Assembly: GCA_028534125.1 (NCBI GenBank)
Contig: CM052816.1
Location: 9,054,001-9,118,000 of the forward strand
Reading direction: 5' to 3'
Origin: Lama glama
Lineage: Eukaryota
DNA length: 64,000 nucleotides
The notes under the pieces were generated by a model that saw only the letters and a list, made by a program, of their open reading frames with translations, did not search any database and was not told where the DNA came from. Below, in pieces: positions 12,793-25,139 of this stretch (position 1 is its first letter; each line of letters begins with the position of its first letter). Both the position numbers and the translations under genes were made by a program.

Positions 12793-14583
12793 AGGACCAC
12801 TTTCCGATTACTAACTTAACGTGAATGGATAGATAGAGGTTCTAGCAATCAACAGAGTAGAAGGAGGTTTTTTTTTCTTTTAAAAAGAATAAGTTTATTA
12901 CATTTCAGTTTGAATTTGAAGTGCCTTGGAATATTCAGGTGGGCAACTTAGCAGATGGCCATAAAGATGAAACTAGAACTTAGTAGAGAGATCTACATTA
13001 AAAAAAAAAAAAGTGTGGGGTTTTCATCAATGAATTAATTCATCAAATATCCTTTGAGTACCTACAATGTGCTGGGCACTACGCTTTGTTTTCTATGAAC
13101 TCTTTGCTACCCTTATTTCTTCCAGAGGAATGAAGAAAAAAGTGCTCTCAACTGAAGAAATTATGTTAGCCTTATCCAATTTCTCGCCTTTCTTTCTCAA
13201 GCAGGAGACCCCCATAATAACAGAGGAGAAGTCTCGAGTAGCCATACCTGGCTCAGTAATCACCCCTTAGCTGGGTGGGGATATAAACTGACCTTACTGA
13301 TATGGAGCTCAAGTCTGAGATGTCCTCCACTGGATCAGCATGTCCCATATGTCACAACAATATCTGAACAGTCCAGCCCCCCACCTTCCTTTGGGCTAGA
13401 AAAGGTACCCAGGGCTGGGATCAGTTACCCAGAACTGCCCTCCTTTGGTCCGTGTCCCGCCCCCTACTCCCAGGTTCTCCTGGAAATGAAACTGACCGCT
13501 AGGAGAAGGGGTGGGATGTTGTTTGCCCGACTGTATCCAACAGGATATGACATCATCCTCTGGGGATGGGTCAGCTGGGGACATAGGACATGAAACAGGA
13601 TTCTGCTCACTTTAGGACTTTATAGCACAGCAGTGTTAATCAGTTGCTAACTCCAGACAGGACTTTCTCCTACGATAGTGAACAGATATGCAGCAGTTTC
13701 CTCATCTGAGTTTGAGGTTATATGGGTCATCTACTAGACAGAGGTTTAAACATGCAAATGCCTATAGCAGCAAGGCAACATAAAATTAAGCTGTCCTTGC
13801 ACAATGTAATATGAAGTGGTGGCAACTGCAGCTCACTAGAGACCAGTCCATGCCCCCCTGAACGCAGGCCAACCCTACTGACTTGCCACGTAGGAAAACA
13901 GGGGCAGGGATGCAAGATGTTTCAGTTGTTTTAAAAGAGAAGCTAGAAATCCCACTTTTGACTTCCCAGTTTCCCAATGCTGGCAAATAATTCAAGTTCA
14001 TTGAAAACCTGGTGTAGGGCAAATAAAACATGTTCCATCATGATGGCCACCAGCTGGCCCCTATATGATCCATGAAGAGAAGGACCATGCCTGTTATATT
14101 TACTGCTATATTTCCAGCAATATGCCTGGCGCAGTTGGTGGTCAGTAAATATTTGTTGTGTGAACAAATGAACAAACCAATTCTTATCCACCGTGGAGGA
14201 CATTCCCAGGAGCTAGGCAGGCAGAAGCACAATCCTGTGGCTGTAAATGCCGTTGCACTGCTGAAACGCTACAGTCGTGCACAATGACCAGAATAGGGGG
14301 TGAGGGGGGAGTGTGTTTTCTGCAGACAGACTGACTGTGGAATACCAAGTCACTGCGGTCCTCTTCTCTGGGGACCTTCTACCTATGAAGAGTCCCCTTC
14401 AAGTTCTCATGGACAGACTCTATCTCCGCTGGTCAGAGGTGGTAAAATTAGGGATGAAACATCAAGACAAGGTAGATAGCTATCAGCATCCTACACTAGC
14501 CCTGGGGAGTAGCTGACACTCAGAGAAAACTGATCCACAGGGAAGTCTCCTCTTTGAGGAGTCATTTACTTAACAGACACCAC

Positions 14584-15004
14584 GTTATGGGTGGAATTGG
14601 GTCCCCTCCCTGAAATTCATATGTTGAAATCCTAAACCCTGGTAGCTCAGAATGTGACTGTATTTGGAGTAAGGGTCTTTAAAGAGGTAATCAAGTTAAA
14701 ATGAAGTCATTAGGGTGGGCCCTAATCTAGAAAGACCAGTGTCCTTATCAAAAGGGGGATTTGGACACAGACACACACTGAGGAATATGATGTGAAGAGA
14801 CACAGGGAGAAGACGGCCATCCACAACCAAGAAAGAGGCCTGGGTGGAGCAGATCCTTTCCCTGTGGCCTCAGAAGGAACCAACCCGCTGAAGATACTCT
14901 AGTTTTGGAGTTTAAGCGCCAGAGCTGTGAGATAATACATTTCTCTTATTTAAGCCACCTGGTTTGTGATACTTCATTATGGCAGCTCCAGCAAAGTAAT
15001 ATAC
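14584..15004 (+). mobile_element. MLT1-type solo LTR, near full length
   Basis: Starts gttatgggtggaattgggtccc, ends gcagctccagcaaagtaatatac; internal MLT1 motifs. Confidence 0.9.
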
Positions 15005-15029
15005 ACTATTTTTATTGTTTTACAAACAT

Positions 15030-15250
15030 CTGCTATATGCCAGGTGCTGTTTTAAGCAACTTAAGCACTTGTTTAGGTTACAACTATTAACTTATTTATT
15101 CATTTTAACAACTCACTATTGTTATACTTCCTGAGATTATCATTCAAGATGTGGTGCAGAGAAGATAAGTGACCTGCCCAAGCACACACAGCAAGTCAAA
15201 GGCGGGGCCGGAATTTGAACCCAGCTATTTAGTTCCAGTCTGTGCCCTTA
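15030..15250 (-). mobile_element. MIR SINE
   Basis: tatatgccaggtgctgtttta...aagtgacctgcccaag...ggaatttgaacccag. Confidence 0.7.
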
Positions 15251-15799
15251 AGAACTGCAGAAGAACGATTTAACCGGCAAAATATCCAACAAGTAAGAGG
15301 TGCTTAAACACTTCTGGCTGTTTTCTGTTCTTTACAATGGTATCTGGCTAATGCTGGGTACCGGCCAGTTGTTGACCATTCGAAACAGCAGATGTTAGCC
15401 AGATAAAGCTTTTGCCAGATAGGAAAGCTGGAGTTCAGAATTGACACTGCTTCCTTTACACAATGCAAGTGCTCCTGAAGTCACACTGTGGATTTGCAGA
15501 GATGTGCTAGACTCATTTTGGGTGGTTTTAACATTGTTCCTTACACTCTTCCTCTAACCCCCACTTAGCTTCAAGTGGTCATCTGTCTACAAGTGCTCCA
15601 TTCACCCAGTAAGCACTGATTAAAAAAAAAAGTCTCTATCCTTATAAAATATACAATCATCTCTATTTCATCTGTTTTGTAAGTCGAGAATTGCTTTAGA
15701 GGGCACCCTCCTGTGTTTGTGTTTATAATGGATCCTTTTCTTCAGGAATTCATACAGTTCCTGACCTGGGCAACGACATTAGCTGAGGAAGGTCACTAT

Positions 15800-16300
15800 G
15801 CTCCCTGTCTGGGTGTCATCAGTTCTGAAATCCCTCGCCTCCTGAGGGCCACTCTGCTCCTTCTCGACCCCGCGATGTCCCAGGTCAGGCTCACCCTGAT
15901 GGGCCCATCAATTGCCTACCTTGCCCTGTGGCTCCTGGTTGGATTGGGCCCCGGGGGTGGGGTTGGGGAGCGCCGCAGGAAATCCAGGGGAGGAAGGAGA
16001 GAGAGGTCGGGATACTCTTTCCCCAGTTCCTTCCTTGGGGTGTGGCCGAGGGCGAGCTGCCTTCTGGGAGCCCGGGGCCACCACTCCTCCCTGCAGACCT
16101 TCCCCTGCAGCAAGCTGGGCCTCCGGCTTCCTTTCTTTCTTGCCTCTTTAGGCTGGGGGCAGTCGTGGTAAGAAGGGTCCTGGGCCACCCTGGCTTCTCC
16201 TTGCTCTCTTCCCTACACCCTCCTCGCACGCTGGCAAAGACTCCTGTTTAACTCCCCTCAAATCGCTCATCTGTTCCCTGCTGAGACCCTAACGCCAACT
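15800..16300. mobile_element. LTR33/LTR16-like ERVL solo LTR
   Basis: ccttgccctgtggctcctggttggattgggcc...ggaggaaggagagagaggtcggg...ttccctgctgagacccta; same layout as 34520-35000 and 63600-64000. Confidence 0.6.
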
Positions 16301-16869
16301 CCCCACCTCCTTCACCTTATAACTCAGTCAGGTGCAAGGCCACGCGGATGTTAACTCCCAAAGGATCTTCTCCCTTACTTCTATTCTTACAACTACAAAA
16401 TCCTGGCCCTCAGACCTTTTCTGCCTCTCTTCTAGGATCTTAACTCAACTTCAGATTCAGCTCCTTTCTCCTGGAGTTGAGCTGGCCATTGAGTAGAGAG
16501 CAAAGTTCTGAAATGATGGTGTCCTAAGAGCCAAATCCTCTAGTTGAAAATTAGCATTTTTCGCTGGTATTGTACCCAGCACTGGGCTCTGTACGTAGGG
16601 GAGCCATGGCTTTCAGGAAGCCTTCAGGAAGATGATCAACCTGGTACTGTATATGCATGAATCTAAAAGGGCAAGAGAGGCCGTCAGGGCCTCTGACGCT
16701 CTGGGGTCAAGTCAACGCCCCTGGCTGTGGACCCAGTGGAGACTGAATTGACCTGGGAACTCCTGGGGCCAACGTGGGGCTGGGAGACACTGACGTAGAA
16801 TAACCAAAGATTTATTGTTGTGTAAGAAAACGCACATTAGGTGGTGAAGCCCTCATGGCTTTGGGGACT

Positions 16870-17400
16870 GTGTGAGAGTGAGGGGTCTCGAGTCAGTGCC
16901 TTCCTTGCTCTGTGGGTGCAGGAAAATGGCCAGAGACCACAGGAGTGAGTGTGTGATGGCGGAGACAAGGTTCCTAAAGAACAGGGCCAAGGTGCACGGA
17001 GAGCAACACTGGGGGATGTGAGCTGAACTGGGGAACGGTAGTGGGAGGAAGCCAGCCTGGATGAAGAGGGGTGTTGGGCAGAGGGGCTGGTGCTGGAGGG
17101 AGAGAGAGCTTTCCAGGAGGAAGGAACAGGTCCTCAGGGGAATGGAAGGAGGCAAACATGATGGGAACTGGAGAATGGTGCAGTGTGGATGAGCTGGGGC
17201 CGTGAGCAAGGCCGGGCCACAGGGGATCCTGCAGGCCTTGCTGAGGGCTTTCCTCTTGCATCTTAAGAGCAATGGGATCTGCATTTTAAGCAGAGCATGA
17301 TGCAGTGGGGTGGGGGGAGACTGGAGGGGGCTGGAGTGGGTAAAGGGAGGCCAGTTAAGGGGCTGCCTCAGCAGGTCAGGAGTCAAAAGACAGATCCTTG
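16870..17400 (-). mobile_element. L2 LINE fragment
   Basis: Purine-rich antisense L2 pattern (gatcctgcaggccttgctgagggcttt...ttttaagcagagcatga...gggaggccagttaaggggctg). Confidence 0.6.
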
Positions 17401-18600
17401 GAATTAGGCTGGGTGCCTGCAGGGGAAGCAGTCCCACCCCACAGAGGCCAAGGTAGAAATGATGGCTCTGTTTACCCTGAAGCCTTTGGCCCATGGGAGG
17501 AACCATGTCAGTACTAGCCTGGGAGTCCTGCTCATGCCTTTGGCATCTTGTTCTTTCTGTAAGGAGCCCTCCTCCCCGTCTGCCTTACTGGCTCCAAGGG
17601 CTGGAGCCCACCTGTTGAATTCTGCCAGGTCTGGACCCTACTCGGTCATCTCCAAAATTACCCCTTCCTCTCATGGTCCTGCTTTGTGGCGTGCTAAAGG
17701 TCAGCTAGATTTCAGAAGAAAGAATACTGATGAAATTAAAATGTACTCTGATGAGTCACTGGGCACTACCCTGGATTTGCCATCTGAGACACGTGTTTCT
17801 TATTAATAAAAACAATTTACACATATTTACAAAGCAATCTGTCACAATCCTGTTTAATCCTCAAGATCACACTTCCATATTCATCTGAATTTATGACAAA
17901 GTTGTGACACTGAGAGGGTGAGTGACTTGCCTGCTAATGTCATAAAGCCAAGGACAAGAACCACAATGACCACGGCAGTGATGATGACAGCCTGGCCACC
18001 ATCGCTCACAAGACACCAGCCCTGCCCGGATACCACTCTCTCAATTTTACACATGAACATTTATCTCCGTTCTGTGCTGAGGTAGGTCGCACCATTCCCA
18101 TTTTGCAGATAAGACAATTATGCTGAGGACCATACAGCCGAAAGAACTAGAACCTGGGATCACCTGATTTCAAGGCGTGAACTCTATCAACTCTCACGCG
18201 CAGCGCACGCTCCACTTCACCGCTCCACAGGTGAAGCGATTAGCAGCCTAATAATCAGCGCATGCTTTGCCCCGCCCCCACCTCAATGGTGACATTTAAA
18301 TCTCTCATTAGGAACAGTCCGCACTGTCAAAAATGTTATGCACCCAAGTACCTTTCATAATCCAACAATCACCTGCATGATTTGAAGAAGTTATTGAACT
18401 TTGGCTCAAAGGTTTCACCTGTAAAACTGGAGCAATAATGCCCGTCTCACAGGCTGGGTGGGAGATTCTGGGGAGAAGGTGCAGGTGAAATGCATAGCAC
18501 AGTGCTTGGTAAAGAGTGAGGCCTCGGTAGGAGGAAGGGAAAGAAAAATTGAGTAAGAGTTTCTCTTAGGTTTAACTGCGGGCATGAGGATTGGGTTTTA

Positions 18601-18700
18601 AGACGTAACAACCAGTAGAATTGAATACTGTGGGAGAAGAGGACTAACAAAAATGCACTCTCTTCTTCTGCAGTATTCAATTCTATTGGTTGTTATGTCT
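18601..18700 (+). repeat. Inverted repeat: 42-bp stem, 16-nt loop
   Basis: 18601-18642 pairs base by base with 18659-18700: 36 Watson-Crick pairs plus 6 G-U pairs. Confidence 0.93.
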
Positions 18701-20810
18701 AAAAAAAAGTAAATTCCGTTTCCTTCTTTTAGGAATACTCAGTGCTGCTAATGGGACAAGAGCTCCTTACAATTTCAGAGAGAAGGGCAAGCCACTTATT
18801 TCCTTATTTCTCAGTTCCGTGAAAAACAGATGAGCCATCTTTCTCTTCTGTCATTTAGTGCGAAAGAGCTCCCATAAATACATATTTTCCCTAGAGATAG
18901 TGGGAAGTGACAGGCAGTTCACATCTTTACTCGTCGAAAGCACACGGATGCAAATACGTGGCCCACTAGGTGGTCAGGTCTACCTAATATTGCTCTTCTC
19001 CTCAGCCTGGTGTGAAGCCCCAGCCCCTTTCCAGATGATCACAATCAAGAGTCAAAATGCTTGGGCTGTAAGAGGCAGAGGGAGTCCAGCTACAATCGCT
19101 TGCTTAGCATAGCTATGTAATACACAAAGGAAGACGGCAGAGAGATGAGTCATACAAATACATAGTAAATAAATATATTTCATTTCCATCTCCCTGGCTT
19201 TCGCTTTGTTTTCCTCCCCTCCATGCCAACAGCCCTGAAATGGAGGGAGGGGAAGAAACTGGGTTTGGTCTGACACAGAAGTACTGATTTTTTCGGGCCT
19301 TGCTTCTCAGTTCTAGCTTTTTTAGAAGAAACTTGCAGATTCTTAGCTTAGCAAGACCTCTAATTCAACTCTTCTCATCTTACAATGAGCAATCTGAGAT
19401 CCAGAGAGGAGACGGCGAAGTCATAGACCCAGGGAAGTGAACGTTCCTAGGGGTTCTCCAGTTCAACAACCCCACCTGCTGCTGAATAACCCAGGCAAGC
19501 TAAGCTGGCCCAGTGGCAGGAGGAGGGGCTTGAACCCAGACCTCCCTCTAGGGTGGTGCCCAGGCCACCTGCCCCAGCAGCCCATGGGCAAAGGAATTAT
19601 GTTGAAGAGAAATAGAGTGGGCCTCCTTGTACTTCTTACTGCATTTCTCAGCAGTTGAGGCTCAGCTCAGCAGCAAAATGTCTGGTCCTGGTTCTGCAAA
19701 GCAGTTGCTGCCTCCAGCATGTTAGAAACATTGGCCAAAGGCTTGTCTCTTTTTCCCTCTTTCACAGGATGGCTAGACAGCCTGCAGGTGTGTGAAAAAA
19801 TCAGCCCTGGGCCCATGGGGCTGCCTGCACACAAGAGCGGGCTATTTCACAACCTCCAGATCCAAAGGTGGCTTCCTGATGATTTGTTTATCAAACTGCT
19901 GGTTCCTATCCCAGGGCCTGCCCACATCCACCCACCCACCAGCGGGAGGGCCAGCCTCCCTGCTCCTCCCAGCTCCAGGGCAAGCTGGGCCTTCCATGGC
20001 TTTCCAGCTGTGTGCCGGGAGGTCTCCTCAGAGCCCCCACAGTCAGACAATGGCCACACTACTGCTTCCTAGGCCTTCCCAGGCATTGCTAGAAGGAGAC
20101 AAGCAGCCTCCCCACAGAGGCGAGTGACGCTGCCGATAAAACATTAGTTAAATTATCATGAAAAGCTGAAGCCATATCCTTGTGCCTAGGAGCACAGAAA
20201 GGACCAAGGAGGAGTCTGGGGGCCTGGTGTCCACCCCGGGCCAGGCTTCCTTCCTCCTTCGAGGCAGCCCCAGCGCAGGCTCCTGCACCTCCCGCCCCCA
20301 CCCTGTTCCCATGGCAAAGGAGAGGAGGACCCACTTACTGCTCGTGTTCATGGTGATGCCTTCGCACTGGGTCTTTCATTCAATACGTAGGCTCCCGTTG
20401 CTTTTTAAATCTTCAGATCTTCCGACCTCACTCATCACCTAGAGGGTGAAAGGGCAGTCCAATGCTAGCTCTGTATCCTCAGGTGCTGTCCCCTCTCCGT
20501 CTTGGCTGTAGCCACTGGCCTTGAAGGCGAGTAGACTAATTGGCGCAGGTGAGAGCAGGAGGGAGGCGGAGGCAGAGAGGATACGGGCGCCTAGGTCCTC
20601 CAGCTCCTGGAACCTGACTGCCCGGCAGAAGCCAGGCTGGCAGCGCCTGCTCGCGCACACCCCCGACTGTTGCAGCCCAGCAGCTCGGGAGCCCAAAGGG
20701 GGTGTGGACCACAGGGAGGCAGGGCGGGGGCAACGCGCGGGGCGCCCGGCTCAGCTGGGCAGCGCGTCCCCGCCCGGCTGCCGCGAGCAGCGGCCCGCCC
20801 CAGGACTCAC

Positions 20811-20938
20811 CTCTCGGCCAGTGTCGGGAGCCAGAGGCCCCAGTCCGGGCCCCTGCGACCGGCTCATGAATCCTGGTCCTCTTCTGGGGTCTCGAATTCC
20901 AAGGCGAGCGAAGCGAAATAGGAGAGCTCGACATCCAT
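20811..20938 (-). other. Candidate first exon (ATG-containing part) of an unidentified minus-strand transcript
   Basis: Consensus donor GAG|GTGAGT at 20811/20810; ATGs at 20938 (strong Kozak, atcATGG), 20934 and 20867; inside the CpG island. No protein homology recognised. Confidence 0.5.
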
Positions 20939-20985
20939 GATGCGGGCTCGCGGCGTGGCTGCGCGGGGGGCGCGGCCGCTCGCTG

Positions 20986-20999
20986 CTGCCACCTGGTGG
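20986..20999 (-). promoter_or_regulatory. CTCF core motif CCACCAGGTGGCAG
   Basis: Matches the CTCF core consensus; identical in the paralog at 54850-54863. Confidence 0.75.
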
Positions 21000-22964
21000 A
21001 CGCGCCGGTGCGTATCCAGGCCCCGCCCCGCCGGGGTTTCTCCCTGGGTCCTGGGGAGTGAAGGGGGATGGATGGGGCCCTTGCGTCCTGGGGCCAGCAA
21101 GGGGATGCCTGAGCGCTGTTTCCCCTCCCTGAGTACTGGGTTCTAAAAGCTAAACAATGATAGGAAAATAGACACGTCATCGGGAGGGGCTGTGAAGAAA
21201 GGATTGGCGTTGCAGGAAGACAGTGTTAGCTTCTAATCCTGCTTGGAAACAGATGGGTGTAGTCTGGTCTTGAGCAGATCAGTGCCGTCTGCGTCATCTT
21301 CCTCAAGTGTGGAAGGTGGCGGCTGGACAAGTGGGTGAGACATTAGGGGTTAAGAAGACTTAACTTCTGTCCCTACCTCCCCCTTCGTACCCCTTATCAC
21401 TGATTCATTTGTTACAGTTGTTTATCATCTCTCTTCCCCATGAGACTGTTAACTCTATCAAAGTATGGGTCTTATCCGTAAGATTCATTGCCAGGCCCTC
21501 AATACCTAGAAAAGCACCCAACACGTGGTAGGTATCGATAAATATTTGTTGACAGAACGTCCTGGGTCTTCTCTGGGTCTAATATCACGAAGCCCTCAGA
21601 GTAGAAGGTCTAGGAATCCCCACCTTGAAACACTTCCCTGTCTGAGGCAAAGAGCTGGCATGTGGCCTCATGACTTAACCTCACTGGTTCACCCAGTTTT
21701 GTACGGCCACTAACTCTTGTCCAAAAGTTGTTTTTTCCCCCTATAGTTTTTGTAGGCGTGTATTACAGAAAACTTTATTCTGATTTTCTTGGCCATGATT
21801 AATTCAGTGGGGTGAGGTTCTTTATATTTCCCTGACTACCTACCCTGTCACCTTGTGAACCTAGTTCATGGTCACAGAAGCATCACTTTTGAGTAGAAAA
21901 ACAAGACTGAAAGGCCACATAGTCCCTGTCTACAGAATGACTCTGGTTAGAGTATGCATAGAATCAAAAAGCTGTGAACACATCCCCAACTTATAGATAA
22001 GGAAACAGTGGGTCAGAGAGGCTGAGCTACCTGCCCTCAGACACACAGCATCTGGTGGCAGAACTGAACCATATCTTCTCATTTCTAGCGTAGTCCCTTG
22101 TGAGAGTGAGTCAGGGCACCAGAATCTGGGATGTCAGGGTAAGGGTAGATAGCCCTCCTCTTAAAACTAGGAAAAGAACATCTTTTTTAGATAAACACAA
22201 TGTTTCTGCCTTACACAGAGTGAAAAAATTTGATATGGCTCTTGACCCCAAGACGTGATAGCAGTTAAAGGATCTTTAGATAAATTGAAGGGTCATTGGA
22301 TTTGAAACACATTTCAATAGCTTTTTAGGAATTTCTTTGAGTGGAGGAGGTGTAACTGCAGCCTCCTCACAGTTTTGTTTGTATAACAATCACCTGAGAG
22401 ATCTGCAAAAAATGGTTCCTGGTTCTCTGGCTCTGCATGTTAAACAAGGATCCCAGGTGATTCACAGACCCCTCTTTGCTTCTGAAAAGGCCTAGAACAG
22501 CTTTCAAAACACAGTAGTGCTTAATAATTATTTAAATGAGTCCCAAAGATCTCGTTAGAGACCTCCTACATTTCTCAGATTGAGATTCCTTATCCAATCC
22601 CCAAGTTACATGTACCTTGCTAGGTTCTACTATTTAGAAAAAAAGATATTTTTTTCCCTGGGAGAAAGTTCATATAAATTAAATATGTAAAATTAATAGG
22701 CCTGTTCACTGAACACACTAAGTTATCACCCAAAGCCTCAAGGTTTGCAGAACTTTTCAGAGTTCAGGTTTACATAGTCAAATAAAAGCATATTTTTCAT
22801 TCATTAATTCATTTACTGAGTATCTACTTTGTGCTTGGCCCTGTGCTGGCAGGTGGGGACAACAAGACAAACAAGGACCCTGCCCTCCTAGAACATAAAT
22901 CCTTTGGTGGGAAGTGGAGGTAGACAACAATTAACTCAGCCAAGTGTGAATCAGGTAAACCAGG

Positions 22965-23190
22965 TGGTGGCTTGGTTAAGAGCCCAGGAGCACTTACCAG
23001 CCTGGCTGATTTTCAATCTCAGCTCCATCACTTCCAAGCAAGAGACTCAGCCTCTGTGAGCCTCATATTCAACTGTAAAACGGTTATAATACGGTGCCTA
23101 CCTCACGGAATGCTGTGTGTGTGAAAGTACTCAGTGTAATGCTTGGCAAGTGAAGACTTGACATATGTTAATTATTAGTATCATCCCTCA
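22965..23190 (+). mobile_element. MIR SINE (paralogous to 55520-55780)
   Basis: MIR motifs; shared flank atgttaa...agtatcatc..tcactt in both copies. Confidence 0.65.
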
Positions 23191-25139
23191 CTTATACTCA
23201 CCCCCTAAGACAGTCTTGTCAATTTTCTACTGACCTGTTGGGCTTTTCCACAGAGCAGTGGCCATGAAAATATGCCTCAGAGTTCTCCAACGACAGAGGG
23301 CTTAACTGACCAGCTCTTCATGTCCAGGGTTCTTTTTAATACCTAACCCAGCGGGCTGCTGATGAGTTCAGCTCTTTGAAGGGACCATGGATCTACTCTA
23401 AAAAGCCTCGATTAGCTTCTGTTGGGGAAACAATCTCATTTTCCCTGCGCAATTTCAAGGATGGGGAGAAAAGGGTTAAAAGAAGCTAGAGAAGCTATAC
23501 GGGTGAGGATGTCCACAACAATGGAGGCAGCCGGGAAAGACGCAGGAGGAAGCTGGGGGTGGGATCCTCGGTGGAATGGGCTGTGAAAATCATCAGGAAA
23601 GCAGAATCCTGGCTCTGCCCTTGCAAGAGAATGGAGCCGAGACCCGAAGAGCAGAGGGTCCCTTTGTTTGGAAGTTTGTTTTGAACTTTAAGACTCCAGA
23701 ATGGAGATAAACAAGTCTCCCTCGGAAATAGTCAAATGCTCCTGGGTGTTGGAAAACCAGCTGGCAAAACCATTGGGAAACAGACTTTCCACCTTCTTCA
23801 GGGGGAAAGAGGAAAGCTGGGGGGCCAGTTTCACTCCGAGTGCTCCCCCTATAACGCTTCTCTTCTTCTCTGACTTCCTGTCCCCACACAGAGTGGTCTG
23901 GCTCCCCTCCCCACTCTCTGCCCCCTCATTGCTGTTATGGACGGACACAGCCCTAGACCCCCAGCTTTTCTTTCTCATTGCCTTTCTCGTGTGCCCTTCC
24001 AGCTCCATCCTACACGTCTGCCCTCCACATCAGCCTGCCTCCTGTCCACTCCTGCGCTGCTCCCGTCCACTCATGGGTACGCTCTCATCCATCCTCCTCT
24101 TGAACACAAAATCCTTCTGGCCTGTGAGGGATGGGAAGGCTAGGCAGAGGTGCTTGTGATCTGAGAGTTTCTACTTGCCATCCCTAGGCTGTTTGAATAT
24201 CTCACCAAGAGGGAGTACTCCCTTTATTTTTATTTGAAAAATAGTATGCAGTTGTTAACATGAGACAGATCTACATGTGGTCGTGAGGGAAGATTTTCAT
24301 TGTATGTGATTAAATAAGAAAAGAACATTGCAGAAACATATATATAGTATGTTCTTTGGGATAATGTATATATGTGGGTATATTTTATTATGTATGATAT
24401 AATACATATATAATATAGAGAACATATAGGATATATACAATATATCATCTAAAATAGTGAAATCATTTTTCTACAAATGGGATCCTATGTAGGTGCTACG
24501 TGTATGTATACCTATAATGCATAGAGAAAGACCTGGAAGGGCACACTCCTAATTACCAGGCCCTTGGATTAAGGTAAGTTTTTGGATTATGTAGGTTTAA
24601 CCAAGTCAGCTGGACAAGTGTTAGATGTGAGAGATCTGGGCAGACATTAATTTGAAGGACTAAGGTTTTTAGTTCATTTTTTCATGCTTTCAACAACTTC
24701 TGATTGTTTATTCTATGCCAGGCACCATGTTGACCAGAAATAGGGGGAGGAGTCAATACATAAGTAAACACAGACTTATGATTACAATCTGCAAAGTAAG
24801 AGCGGAGGGGCAATCATGGACACCTGGAAACAGGTGTCTTCCTCAACGGCTGGCATTTGAGCTGAGGCTGAAGAGGAGGGAACCACCATGCTGATTTGGT
24901 GTAGGGCTGGGGGAAGGAGAGAGTGCAGAACTAAGTGGCAAAAAAGAGTCAAAGGTCCGTGGGGGAGGGAGGCCAGGACACAGGTGTGCCGGCTTCTTTG
25001 TGGAAGAGCTGAGTGGGAGGCACATAGTCAAGACCACATTCAGGATTAACAAACCTGGGGTGGAAATGGACTGGGAGGTCAGAGATGCTGCTTACAGTCC
25101 TGATGCAGCAGGATGTCAAAGCCTGGGGAGTGGGATACA

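Larger units (their letters stand above)
20560..21050. promoter_or_regulatory. CpG island / probable promoter (unit A)
   Basis: Very high GC and CpG density, several GC boxes (ccgccc) and an embedded CTCF consensus. Confidence 0.85.
20403..21451 (+). repeat. High-identity duplicated segment 1, copy A (partner 54486-55306)
   Basis: Aligns from tttaaatcttcagatc to ccatgagactgtta; the last 282 bp look identical. Confidence 0.97.

Noticed and set aside
20521..21180. Long ORFs across the CpG island (139 and 214 aa) and its paralog
   Set aside because: Expected from stop-codon scarcity in GC-rich DNA; frames are broken by indels between the two copies.
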